From: an uncultured Gammaproteobacteria bacterium
Lineage (GTDB): Bacteria; Patescibacteriota; Patescibacteriia; UBA9934
Reading direction: 5' to 3'
Length of the DNA stretch: 64,000 bases
Assembly: GCA_964414795.1 (NCBI GenBank)
Contig: CAYPWV010000004.1
Location: 1,591 to 65,590 of the forward strand
Under the pieces are notes generated by a model. That model had not been told where the DNA came from and searched no databases. It was given only the letters and a program-made list of their open reading frames with translations. Positions 1 through 9,070 of the stretch are shown in pieces (position 1 is the stretch's first letter; every line of letters begins with the position of its first letter). The translations under genes were made by a program, and so were the position numbers.

Positions 1-526
1 GACGGTAGCCCATCTCGACCTTCGCTTTCAGTCCGCGTTTGATGTTGATGCTCTTGTTGTCGTTTTCCAACTTCGCCTGACTACAGAGCATCATGAGCAT
101 GAACTTGTCGCTCGGTGAGTTCGTGAACCGCGATCCGTTCGTCCGAATCTCACGGATAAACCCTTGATCCATCATATCCACGATTGTTCCTAGATCTCCT
201 GCGTTACGGCTCAAACGATCTGGTGCCCAAGCAAGGATGCCATCAAACCGCTTGAGCTTTATGTCGTCGATGAGCCGATTGAACTCCGGTCGCTGACCCG
301 ATGCTTTCGCTGAATGGCTCTCGCGACGGATTTCGGTAACGAGTAATCCGTCCCGTTCCGCCGTTGCAAGCATCTCCTTAACTTGTGATTCAATCGATAA
401 AGCTTGAAGTTCGTCTTGTTCTGTACTCTTACGTGAGTACAGGCAGTACCGAATTGGTCCTAACGGTATCGGCTGTTCCCCTTGTAAAACCCCTTTCTGC
501 ACCTCAAAAGTCGCCATGTTGTCCAT
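1..526 (-). CDS. Large serine recombinase/integrase, N-terminal part (runs off window)
   Basis: Manual translation from ATG at 526: MDNMATF...YCLYSRKSTEQDELQALSIESQ...SAKASGQRPEFNRLIDD...WAPDRLSRN...ENDNKSINIKRGL. Contains the resolvase catalytic YxRxST and DRLSR motifs. Absent from the ORF track because it is truncated. Confidence 0.92.
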   Translation of the reverse strand, partial: MDNMATFEVQKGVLQGEQPIPLGPIRYCLYSRKSTEQDELQALSIESQVKEMLATAERDGLLVTEIRRESHSAKASGQRPEFNRLIDDIKLKRFDGILAWAPDRLSRNAGDLGTIVDMMDQGFIREIRTNGSRFTNSPSDKFMLMMLCSQAKLENDNKSINIKRGLKAKVEMGYR

Positions 527-648
527 ATTATTGCCTTGTTATGTGGCATGGACATTAATGCCACGTCTGTCCGGGGTGCCTAGTCCCCAAACTGTAGGTA
601 ACTAAGGAAGAAAGATTGAGAGAATACCATGCGTCTGTTGTTGATTAT

Positions 649-677
649 TTGACGACAAGCAAGTAATAGCTTATTCT
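649..677 (+). promoter_or_regulatory. Sigma70-type promoter for the leader/tRNA-Asn/gatCAB operon
   Basis: TTGACG (649-654), 17-nt spacer, TATTCT (672-677). The predicted start falls just before the leader ATG at 686, so the mRNA would be near-leaderless. Confidence 0.7.
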
Positions 678-685
678 GACACTAC

Positions 686-757
686 ATGCGATTCAACTGC
701 GCAAACAATAATAACCAGAATAATCAGAACCAGCCCACGCTGGCGTTGTTTGCATAA
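686..757 (+). CDS. Asn/Gln-rich attenuator leader peptide MRFNCANNNNQNNQNQPTLALFA (23 aa)
   Basis: ATG 686 to TAA 757. Ten consecutive Asn/Gln codons at 704-733. Overlaps alternative hairpins and precedes gatCAB/aspS. Confidence 0.85.
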   Translation: MRFNCANNNNQNNQNQPTLALFA

Positions 758-794
758 TCGCAAGGATTAGATCAAAAGCAAACAAAGGCCAGCG
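738..794 (+). promoter_or_regulatory. Antiterminator (2:3) helix of attenuator
   Basis: CGCTGGCgTTGTTTGC (738-753) is complementary to GCAAACAAagGCCAGCG (778-794), which contains the 5' arm of the terminator. Confidence 0.8.
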
Positions 795-812
795 GAAACG
801 CTGGTCTTTTTT
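784..812 (+). terminator. Intrinsic terminator (3:4) of attenuator
   Basis: AAAGGCCAGCG-GAAA-CGCTGGTCTTT followed by a T-run, located between leader and tRNA-Asn. Confidence 0.88.
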
Positions 813-821
813 GTGGAATAT

Positions 822-896
822 TCGGGTGTAGTTCAACGGTAGAACGCTGCCCTGTTAAGGCAGATGTTGCAGGTTCAAGTCCTGCCGCCCGAGCCA
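822..896 (+). tRNA. tRNA-Asn(GTT)
   Basis: Cloverleaf TCGGGTG/CGCCCGA, anticodon arm CTGCC-CTGTTAA-GGCAG, T-loop TTCAAGT, G73 and encoded CCA. Has the U1-A72 pair, the bacterial GatCAB identity element. Confidence 0.96.
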
Positions 897-912
897 ATTT
901 AAATCAAATCAT

Positions 913-1203
913 ATGCTTATCGATAAAGATCTCGTGAAAAAGGTAGCGGACTTATCCAAGATCACATTGGAGGATTCAGAGGTTGACCATTTTGTAAAAG
1001 AAATGACCGATGTACTCAACTACGCAGATCAACTCGCCGAAGCCGATGTAACAAATGTTATCCCCACGGATCAAGTAACCGGATTATCGAACGTATTTCG
1101 AGAAGATGTAGTGAATGACTATCCGGCTGATAAGCGGGCGAAACTTCTGAATACAGTCCCAAGGTTTGAGAACGGATATGTCGTCGTCCCTAAGGTCATC
1201 TAA
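913..1203 (+). CDS. gatC: Asp/Glu-tRNA amidotransferase subunit C
   Basis: 96 aa with VADLSKI, NVFREDVV and VVPKVI. Precedes gatA. Confidence 0.95.
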   Translation: MLIDKDLVKKVADLSKITLEDSEVDHFVKEMTDVLNYADQLAEADVTNVIPTDQVTGLSNVFREDVVNDYPADKRAKLLNTVPRFENGYVVVPKVI

Positions 1204-1208
1204 GTACT

Positions 1209-2645
1209 ATGAGTCTAAGTTTTCTATCCATTGAGGAGTTGCACGCCGGCCTAAAGGCCAGGACGTTTACTTGCCGCGAGATCATCGAGGATTGTTTGGC
1301 ATGCATTAAAGAAAAAGATTCTGAAATCCACGCGTTTCTATCCGTCTACCCAGAACATGCTTTGGAACGCGCAGATGCCATCGATAAAAAGATACAAGCA
1401 GGCGAAGCAATCGGTTTGCTTGAAGGAATTCCTTTTTCGGTAAAGGACGTTATCTTGGTCGAGGATATGCAGGCGACGGGTGGGTCAAAAATGTTGGAAC
1501 CATTTGTCGCGCCATACGACGCGACGGTTATAAAACGCTTGAAAGAAGCCGGGGCAATTGTCATCGGAAAGACAAACTGTGACGCTTACGGATTTGGAAG
1601 TTCAACCGAAAACTCTGACTTCGGTGTCACGAAAAACCCACATGACTTAAGCAGGGTGGCCGGAGGATCGAGCGGTGGGTCTGCCGCCTCCGTTGCTGCT
1701 GGCATGTGCGTATTTTCGCTTGGAGAAGATACTGGTGGTTCTATACGCCAGCCATCGTCATTTTGTGGTATTTATGGTCTGAAAGTCAGCTATGGACGAG
1801 TCTCTCGTTACGGATCTATCGCCTATGCTTCTTCGTTTGATTCTATCGGCCCGATGGCCAGATCGACGCGTGATGTTGCCATTGTTCTCTCGGTAATTGC
1901 CGGACACGATCCAATGGATTCGACCTCCATTCCAGGATCATTGCCAGACTATATCGCTCAGCTTGATGCACCAGAGTTGAAACCGAAACGAATCGGTATT
2001 CCAAAAGAATACTTTTCCGGTCTCGATGCAACCATGACGAAACTAATGCACGAGGCGTTAGATACGTTCAAGAAAAGTGGATACGAGGTTGTCGAGATTT
2101 CTTTACCGCACACAAAGTATGCGATTGCTGCGTATTATCTTCTCGTCACTTCCGAGGCTAGCTCCAACCTTTCAAGACTGGACGGAGTTCGATTTGGTTA
2201 CCAAGTACCAGATCCATCCAGCATCGAAGATCTCTACAAACGTTCCCGCTCTCACGGGTTTGGTTCCGAGGTAAAACGACGCATCATGCTTGGATCATTT
2301 GCCTTGTCTTCAGGTTATATTGATGCCTATTACAAACGCGCACAAAAAGTCCGATCGCTCATTCGGGAAGACTTCCGCAAAGCGTTTGAGGCAGTTGATC
2401 TTATCATCACTCCCACATCCCCATTCCCAGCTTTTTCCATCGGCGAGAAAGTTAATGACCCTATGTCCATGTATCTCGCAGATGTTTTCACCGTTGGTTT
2501 TAGTTTAGCTGGACTTCCGACCATGAACGTCCCATGCGGAACAATTGGTCATCTACCCGTTGGGATGCAGATTACCGCCCCGTACCTTGATGAGATATCC
2601 GTTCTTCAAGCAGCAACGGACTTTGAGCGAGCAACCCGTAAGTAA
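1209..2645 (+). CDS. gatA: Asp/Glu-tRNA amidotransferase subunit A
   Basis: Amidase signature GGSSGGSAA, DTGGSIRQP, EASSNLSRLDG, GSEVKRRIMLG. Confidence 0.97.
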   Translation: MSLSFLSIEELHAGLKARTFTCREIIEDCLACIKEKDSEIHAFLSVYPEHALERADAIDKKIQAGEAIGLLEGIPFSVKDVILVEDMQATGGSKMLEPFVAPYDATVIKRLKEAGAIVIGKTNCDAYGFGSSTENSDFGVTKNPHDLSRVAGGSSGGSAASVAAGMCVFSLGEDTGGSIRQPSSFCGIYGLKVSYGRVSRYGSIAYASSFDSIGPMARSTRDVAIVLSVIAGHDPMDSTSIPGSLPDYIAQLDAPELKPKRIGIPKEYFSGLDATMTKLMHEALDTFKKSGYEVVEISLPHTKYAIAAYYLLVTSEASSNLSRLDGVRFGYQVPDPSSIEDLYKRSRSHGFGSEVKRRIMLGSFALSSGYIDAYYKRAQKVRSLIREDFRKAFEAVDLIITPTSPFPAFSIGEKVNDPMSMYLADVFTVGFSLAGLPTMNVPCGTIGHLPVGMQITAPYLDEISVLQAATDFERATRK

Positions 2646-2650
2646 TTCAT

Positions 2651-4096
2651 ATGGAAGATTTAGAAACAGTTATCGGTCTAGAAATTCACGTCGAGCTGAA
2701 AACAGCTTCGAAAATGTTTTGCGCTTGCAAAAACGATCCGACGTGCACAGAACCAAACCGACACGTTTGCCCAACGTGCATGGGTATTGTTGGAACGTTA
2801 CCCCTCCTCAACAAGCGTGCCTTTGAGCAAACGGTTCTGCTGGCATCCGCAATGAAAAGCGCGATCGCTCGGCACACCAAATGGGATCGTAAATCGTACT
2901 TCTATCCTGACCTGCCCAAAGGGTATCAAATATCCCAGTATGACCTCCCGATTGGACAAGGTGGTGAATTGGTTTTCCCGCTGAACGATTCTTTGTGTTC
3001 GGCACGCATGAATCGCGTCCACCTTGAAGAGGATGCGGCGAAATCCCTCCACGATGCGGACAGAACGCTTATCGATTTTAATCGCTCATCCGTTCCGCTT
3101 ATGGAAATGGTGACGGAGCCGGATTTACGATCCTCGGAAGAGGCAAAGGCACTCTTGAAAGCTATTCGGAGACTCGTAAAAGATTTGGGCATCAGCGATG
3201 CGGACATGGAAAAAGGACAGATGCGTTGCGATGCAAGTATCTCGCTGCGAAGAATTGGCGAAGAAAAACTGTATCCGCGAGTAGAGATAAAAAACTTAAA
3301 CTCATTCCGAAGCGTAGAGAATGCGTTGGAATATCAAAGAGAGAAATTAAAAGTGGAATGGGATGCTGGAATCTACCCGACCGTAGCATCAACCGTTCTT
3401 TGGGATGATGACCGCGCAGCAACTTACCCGATGCGATCAAAAGAATCAGCGGCTGATTATCGTTACTTTCCTGAGCCCGATATCTCTGTCGTGGAGTTAT
3501 CAGAAGATGCGATTCAACAACTCACAAAGGAAGTTCCTCGTCTAAGAAAGGACGTATTCGCGACGATGATTGAGGAAGGGATGGAGATGACAAAACTCGT
3601 TAGCATTCTCGACACAGCCGAATTGTTTTGGTCGTTCGATGCCAGTTATCAAAAACTGGATAGCAAATCGAAAAAAGACACGCTTCTTAATTTTTACATG
3701 GCCGAGGTTCCTCTTCTCATGAAGTCAACCGGAACGATACCGTTTAGCGCCGAGGAGATTCTTTTGCTCGTGGAAAAAGTGGAGGACAAGTCTCTTCCCG
3801 TTTCAACGGCAAAAAGATTCCTCAGTTCTTGTGCCAAAGAGGGTGATCTCGCTCGATCTATCGAGGAATTTGAAACGTTGTCACGTACGACAAAAATAAG
3901 TCTGAACGACATTGTTGGTAACGTACTATCCGATAATTCGTCTCTTGTAGACCAGTACATCGCTGGTGAAGAAAAGGTGTTCCAAGCACTTATTGGTCGT
4001 GTTATGCGGGAAACAAAAGGAATGTTTGGTGGAGAAGAAGTCATTGCGGTTATACGCGAGCGCTTAGAGACGATAAAACTTGCTCGCTCTAAATAA
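2651..4096 (+). CDS. gatB: Asp/Glu-tRNA amidotransferase subunit B
   Basis: VIGLEIHVEL, YFYPDLPKGYQISQ, HLEEDA, EIKNLNSF, DYRYFPEPD. Confidence 0.97.
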   Translation: MEDLETVIGLEIHVELKTASKMFCACKNDPTCTEPNRHVCPTCMGIVGTLPLLNKRAFEQTVLLASAMKSAIARHTKWDRKSYFYPDLPKGYQISQYDLPIGQGGELVFPLNDSLCSARMNRVHLEEDAAKSLHDADRTLIDFNRSSVPLMEMVTEPDLRSSEEAKALLKAIRRLVKDLGISDADMEKGQMRCDASISLRRIGEEKLYPRVEIKNLNSFRSVENALEYQREKLKVEWDAGIYPTVASTVLWDDDRAATYPMRSKESAADYRYFPEPDISVVELSEDAIQQLTKEVPRLRKDVFATMIEEGMEMTKLVSILDTAELFWSFDASYQKLDSKSKKDTLLNFYMAEVPLLMKSTGTIPFSAEEILLLVEKVEDKSLPVSTAKRFLSSCAKEGDLARSIEEFETLSRTTKISLNDIVGNVLSDNSSLVDQYIAGEEKVFQALIGRVMRETKGMFGGEEVIAVIRERLETIKLARSK

Positions 4097-4101
4097 ACGA
4101 T

Positions 4102-5415
4102 ATGGAAATTACTTTCGCTCAATCGTTAGGCGACCAAGATGGTCAACGAGTCTGTCTTCAGGGATTCGCCCAAACAATTCGCAAACAAAGCAAAACCTGC
4201 TTTCTCCTATTACGAGACAAAACGGGCTTGATTCAGTGCGTCGTCGACGAATCATCTCCTGACCTTTTCGCTCAAGCTGAATCTTTGGCGACCGAATCCG
4301 TTGTGAAAATCACTGGACTGGTATGTAAAGAAGAAAGAGCAATGGGAGGGTACGAAGTTCAAATTCAAGAACTGGTTATTCTTTCTGCTTCAGAAGCACA
4401 AAAGCCTCTGCCAATTTTTAGCTCAGACGCGGAGTCTGTTGATCCAAATGTGCGCATGGATTACCGATGGCTTGATCTGCGTAAACCAGAGAAACGGCTT
4501 ATCTTTGAAGTATGGACGGCGCTCGAACATGCTCTTCGTTCTTTTTGGATGAAGAAAGAATTCTTGGAAATTCACTCACCAAAGTTAATGAGCGCCGCAA
4601 GCGAAGGTGGTGCGGAGTTTTTCGAAGTTTCCTACTTTGATCGCAAAGCCTATTTAGCTCAATCACCGCAATTCTATAAACAAATGGCGATGGCTTCTGG
4701 TTTTGAGCGGGTATTTGAGGTGGGGCCGGTGTTTCGCGCTGAACCGTCCTTTACCCCGCGACACGCTACAGAGTTTACTGGCTACGATATGGAGCTTTCC
4801 TGGATTGAGTCTCACGAGGACGTGATGAAGATTTGGGAGGAAGGGATCGCTTTTGCCCTGGCTGAAATCAAGGCGTCTCTGGGGGTGCGCATTCAGAAAT
4901 TATACGGACGTGAACTGGTTGTTCCCCCGTTACCATTTCCACACCTGACCCTAAAAGAAGTAAAAGCGTTGCTCCAAGAACGAGGAATACCCGACCAACG
5001 TGACGGTGATCTTTCACCTGAAGAGGAACGTGAAATATCGGCGATCGTAAAAGAACGCTATGGTCACGAGTTCGTCTACATAACCGAGTATCCCAAGAAG
5101 GTTCGAGCGTTTTACCACATGCGTCTCGAATCTGATCCGTCTCTCACCAAGAGCTTTGATTTGCTTTGGTCTGGAATTGAAATAACGACCGGTGCCCAAC
5201 GGGAGCACCGTTACGAGCAGCTAAAGCAACAGGCTTTGGAGAAGGGTGTTAAAATTGAATCCATACAAACGTATCTCGATTTCTTCCGTTATGGTTGCCC
5301 TCCGCATGGTGGCATGGGAGCCGGAGCGGCACGGATGGTTATGAAGATTCTTGACCTCCCAAACATTCGGGAAGCCACGTATCTCCATCGATCTGTTCAT
5401 CGGTTGACTCCGTAA
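4102..5415 (+). CDS. aspS: Archaeal-type (short, probably non-discriminating) aspartyl-tRNA synthetase
   Basis: 437 aa with no GAD insertion. LAQSPQFYKQ, GPVFRAE, EITTGAQR, GCPPHGG. Non-discriminating status is inferred from gatCAB linkage. Confidence 0.9.
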   Translation: MEITFAQSLGDQDGQRVCLQGFAQTIRKQSKTCFLLLRDKTGLIQCVVDESSPDLFAQAESLATESVVKITGLVCKEERAMGGYEVQIQELVILSASEAQKPLPIFSSDAESVDPNVRMDYRWLDLRKPEKRLIFEVWTALEHALRSFWMKKEFLEIHSPKLMSAASEGGAEFFEVSYFDRKAYLAQSPQFYKQMAMASGFERVFEVGPVFRAEPSFTPRHATEFTGYDMELSWIESHEDVMKIWEEGIAFALAEIKASLGVRIQKLYGRELVVPPLPFPHLTLKEVKALLQERGIPDQRDGDLSPEEEREISAIVKERYGHEFVYITEYPKKVRAFYHMRLESDPSLTKSFDLLWSGIEITTGAQREHRYEQLKQQALEKGVKIESIQTYLDFFRYGCPPHGGMGAGAARMVMKILDLPNIREATYLHRSVHRLTP

Positions 5416-5442
5416 TTAAGTTTAAGTTGGTAAACTGAACCT

Positions 5443-6141
5443 ATGACTAAATCTAAGAAAACCATTGGAATTTTGGCTGGTATGGGTCCACGATCAACGG
5501 CTCCATTCTTGAATATGGTGTTAGACGAATGTCAAAAACAGTATGGAGCAAAGTATGATGATGAATTTCCTCGCATCATGATTTACTCGTTACCAACACC
5601 TTTCTACATTGATAAACCAGTTGATGCGACAAAGTTAAAAGAGGTGGTGTGCGAAGGACTCAAACGCTTGGAGTCAACCGGGGTCGATTTCATCGTTGTT
5701 CCATGCGGGAGCGTACATACATTCTTTGATGATATGGCGGCATCCGTAAGTGTTCCTGTTTTACACATGATTGAGGAATCAATTGTACATATTTCTTCAG
5801 ATGTAACTTCCATTGGTTTAGTTGCCACTAAAATGACAGCTGACGGTAAGCTCTATCAAGATGCCTTGAAGAAAAAAGGAATTCAAACCATCGAATCAGG
5901 TGACTTACAAGCTCAAGTGGATCGGCTCATTCTTGGCGTCAAAACTGGTTGGTCGAAAGCACAACTGGATGAAGAATTTAAGACCTTTATCAATCTTTTG
6001 CACGAACGCGGCGCAGGGGCTGTTTTGGTCGCTTGTACTGATTTGAGCGAACTTGCTAAATCCCCACAGACTCTTCCCGTCTTTGATGCGGTTGCCGGGC
6101 TCGCTCGGTCGACAGTTGAACGATACCTGCGACTGTCTTAA
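5443..6141 (+). CDS. Aspartate/amino-acid racemase (PLP-independent)
   Basis: GILAGMGPRST and two catalytic Cys motifs, VPCGSVH and ACTDL. Confidence 0.88.
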   Translation: MTKSKKTIGILAGMGPRSTAPFLNMVLDECQKQYGAKYDDEFPRIMIYSLPTPFYIDKPVDATKLKEVVCEGLKRLESTGVDFIVVPCGSVHTFFDDMAASVSVPVLHMIEESIVHISSDVTSIGLVATKMTADGKLYQDALKKKGIQTIESGDLQAQVDRLILGVKTGWSKAQLDEEFKTFINLLHERGAGAVLVACTDLSELAKSPQTLPVFDAVAGLARSTVERYLRLS

Positions 6142-6159
6142 ATCAATCCCGGCAATATT

Positions 6160-6765
6160 ATGTCGAATCTTTTCTCCCTGTTCATAGTCGGTTTCACTGC
6201 AGCTGCGCTGCCCGGTGCAGTACAAACTACTGTTTTTCTTGTAACCATTGAAGGCGATATACGAAGCGGGCTGAAATTAGCTCTCGGGGCAGCAATGATG
6301 GACGGGCTTTACCTATCCTTGGCATGCCTCGGTTTGGTTTCTTTTATCGGAAACTTTCCCGTTCTTCGTATTGGGATAGGTCTCGGAGGCGTGATCTTCA
6401 TGGTGTATTTAGGCGTTCAAGGAATTCGACAGGCATGGATAGGAAAAACAATAAATGCCGAGAATAAGAAAAGCGGTGGTTTTCTAACCGGCTTCTTGCT
6501 TGTACTGCTTCACATCCCAACCATGCTCTACTTTATTGGGGTAGCTGGTACGATGTGTAGAGAAAATACATCTGTCTCTTCCGCAATTTCAGGAGCCGCA
6601 AGCTTGTTTGTTGGAGCTTTTGTGTGCTTTGTCTGTGTTGCTTTCATAGCGTGGCTAAGTAAACGTTTTGGTGGCAAAGTTTTGATTCGAGTGCTTCAAA
6701 TTGGTTCGGCGGTTATTCTTATTATTTTCGCAATCAAAACTTTCATCAGCTTATTTAGTGTGTAA
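6160..6765 (+). CDS. LysE/RhtB-family amino-acid exporter
   Basis: 201 aa, about 6 TM helices, N-terminal LPG motif, G-x4-LG...D pattern. Confidence 0.82.
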   Translation: MSNLFSLFIVGFTAAALPGAVQTTVFLVTIEGDIRSGLKLALGAAMMDGLYLSLACLGLVSFIGNFPVLRIGIGLGGVIFMVYLGVQGIRQAWIGKTINAENKKSGGFLTGFLLVLLHIPTMLYFIGVAGTMCRENTSVSSAISGAASLFVGAFVCFVCVAFIAWLSKRFGGKVLIRVLQIGSAVILIIFAIKTFISLFSV

Positions 6766-7078
6766 CAAAAATGTTACATGGGCCGGGACTGGCTAGTCCT
6801 AAAAGGCTTGAAAAGACCTAAAAATACAAGGGTAGGGAGGGGGTTAGACAGTTGGTAACCAGACTTCACTTTCGGTGGTTTGTAAGCTATACTTTCGTTG
6901 TCTAGGTTCGACCTCCTTACAGGGGCATATTTTGCCTATCCGGATCGCACGCAATAAGCGGCATCCGGTTAAAACGACACTCGTACGATCCGTACGGGGG
7001 GTCGGGCCTAGACACCACCGGGTGTCGCTTTTTGTTTTAGAGCCACACCACGGGGTCACTAATTCCTAACTGCCCCGT

Positions 7079-7813
7079 ATGGCTCAATCGTTCGAGTGCT
7101 TCGAATGTAAGCACGTCTTCAATAAGCCCCACGACCCGTTACTGACGATCGGTAGTTTTATTCTTTTCGTCGTTGCCATCGGTTTTCTGTTCGGGTTCTT
7201 TCCGATCAGCATCGGTCTTTTCTTACTCATCTGGTGGATGAATCAAAGTCACTGTCCAAAGTGCAAATCGAAACGCATCGTTGCCACAACCAAGGCAGTT
7301 GCATACGTTGAAAGCAAAGAACCGACTCGAGTCCAACAGCCACACAAGAAGGGCTGGACTGGTTTGCAAAAGTTTATCGTCGGGATCGTTATTTTCACTG
7401 CCGCATCACTTGGTTTTCTCGCTATCGTTGCGGCGAATGCTCCCAAGCCACCAACCCTTACCCAGGAACAAATCGACGCAATGAACAACCTTGTTACCTC
7501 GATTAGTTTCTATAAGGATTCCGAAGGAACACCGCAAGTAAAACTGTCATTCAAGAATACTTTCGACAAGACCATTGATGCAGTCGACGTGCGGTTCTAT
7601 CCGCAAAATGCAGCTGGTGAATATCTCGAGTTCACAGAGTTTGGCGGTGACGAACCGATGCCGTATGTGTTCTGGTCACAACAAACGGTTGCACCTGGTG
7701 AGACTGAAACCGACGACTCTAACTTTCTTCTTTATCCAACCGCAACACAGGCAAAAAATGTAGAAGTCATCCGTGTCCATTTCAGCGACAGTACGGAAAT
7801 CACAAGGCAGTAG
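7079..7813 (+). CDS. Membrane protein with split Zn-ribbon and C-terminal extracellular beta domain
   Basis: CFEC...TM hairpin...CPKC, a further TM, then a beta-rich domain. Confidence 0.7.
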   Translation: MAQSFECFECKHVFNKPHDPLLTIGSFILFVVAIGFLFGFFPISIGLFLLIWWMNQSHCPKCKSKRIVATTKAVAYVESKEPTRVQQPHKKGWTGLQKFIVGIVIFTAASLGFLAIVAANAPKPPTLTQEQIDAMNNLVTSISFYKDSEGTPQVKLSFKNTFDKTIDAVDVRFYPQNAAGEYLEFTEFGGDEPMPYVFWSQQTVAPGETETDDSNFLLYPTATQAKNVEVIRVHFSDSTEITRQ

Positions 7814-8315
7814 GCTCTTCGGGAGTAGTCGGCGGCACCTCTGGTGATTGCGGATCATGAATCACGAGACCCTCGTTCTTATACTGTGCCTGAAATACGG
7901 TTATATCTTCGAGCATCATGTCTAACTTCCTCTTTTGTTCATCAGTCATCTCTCTTTTGCTCTCTTCAAACTTCTCAAGACGCTTCTGTTTGAAAGCTGC
8001 AGCGACTGGGCTGAACTTATGGTGCCGGTGCTTTAAATAGAAGAACACGGCACTCGGGTCTGCACGATTGATAAGCTCAAGAAGCTTGGATTCAGCAACA
8101 TCGTCGAGAACGTCTGCCCCAGCTTCCATTGCCTTGTTATATGCCTTGGCGAAAGCGGGATCCTCGTCTCTCCAGCGATATATAGTGGATCGCGAAACAT
8201 CGATCTTCTTACAGACGGCTTCGAGAATTGGCATCTTCACGAGCTGCTCAAGCAACAGCTGTTTCTGGAGTTTTATGCGCTGCTCAGCCCTCGGATATTT
8301 CTTTTTGGTTTTCAT
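7800..8315 (-). CDS. HTH protein, terminase-small-subunit-like
   Basis: VCKKIDVSRSTIYRWRDEDPAF, AESKL, VFFYLK. Typically linked to the adjacent methylases. Confidence 0.72.
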   Translation of the reverse strand: MKTKKKYPRAEQRIKLQKQLLLEQLVKMPILEAVCKKIDVSRSTIYRWRDEDPAFAKAYNKAMEAGADVLDDVAESKLLELINRADPSAVFFYLKHRHHKFSPVAAAFKQKRLEKFEESKREMTDEQKRKLDMMLEDITVFQAQYKNEGLVIHDPQSPEVPPTTPEEPTAL

Positions 8316-9069
8316 ATGGAGGGTTTATCATTTGCGCCCTCTCCCCAGAGAGTCGTTCCCATAACATGACGATCGTTTCGCAATACTCGACATCTATCTC
8401 AATCATGAGGCACTTACGTTTCGTCTGCTCACATGCAAGAAGGGTAGAACCACCGCCTCCGAACGGGTCATAGACGGTATCCCCGATCTCGCTGCTGTTA
8501 AGAATCAGCCGACGAAGCAAACCGATCGGCTTGGATGTCGGATGATATCTACTTTTACTCGGCTTCGGATATACAAGGATGCTCTTGTCCTTGGACTGCA
8601 TGAACTCGTGTCGTCCGTACCAGCCATAGAGAATAATCTCGTGTTGAGGCAAGTAATCCATGCGACCAATGACTGCGTGCGTCTTCGCCCATATGAGCAT
8701 CTGTGCAAATTTAAATCCCGTTCGCTCCATTCCGTTACGAAGTGCAAAGAGCATCTTGTCCGTGTTGAAAATATAGACCGAGTTTTTATCCGCCATTGCT
8801 GACACGATCGGCTTCATCCAGCTTTCGGTGAACGACTGATATTCTTCTTCGGTCTGCGCATGATCATTCAGAATTACTTTTGGTTTCGCGAGTGATTGTG
8901 TGAAGTCCGCTTTTCCTTCCACATACTCACATGCATACGGAGGGTCAGTCAGCACAAGATCGATCTTTCTTTCCTGCAATACTTGTGTAATATTCACTGA
9001 GTCGGTCGAGTCTCCACAAAGCAAGTAATGCTCGCCGAGTTTTACAAGGTCTCCTTTTTGAATCGTCAT
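8284..9069 (-). CDS. N4/N6 DNA methyltransferase (beta class)
   Basis: LCGDST, TDPPY, HPTSKP, DPFGGGGSTL. Confidence 0.93.
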   Translation of the reverse strand: MTIQKGDLVKLGEHYLLCGDSTDSVNITQVLQERKIDLVLTDPPYACEYVEGKADFTQSLAKPKVILNDHAQTEEEYQSFTESWMKPIVSAMADKNSVYIFNTDKMLFALRNGMERTGFKFAQMLIWAKTHAVIGRMDYLPQHEIILYGWYGRHEFMQSKDKSILVYPKPSKSRYHPTSKPIGLLRRLILNSSEIGDTVYDPFGGGGSTLLACEQTKRKCLMIEIDVEYCETIVMLWERLSGERAQMINPPYENQKEISEG

Positions 9070-9070
9070 A

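Noticed and set aside
660-820. T-box riboswitch upstream of gatCAB/aspS
   Set aside because: No T-box antiterminator consensus (TGGnACC bulge) or long stem I is visible. The leader ORF with alternative hairpins explains the region better.
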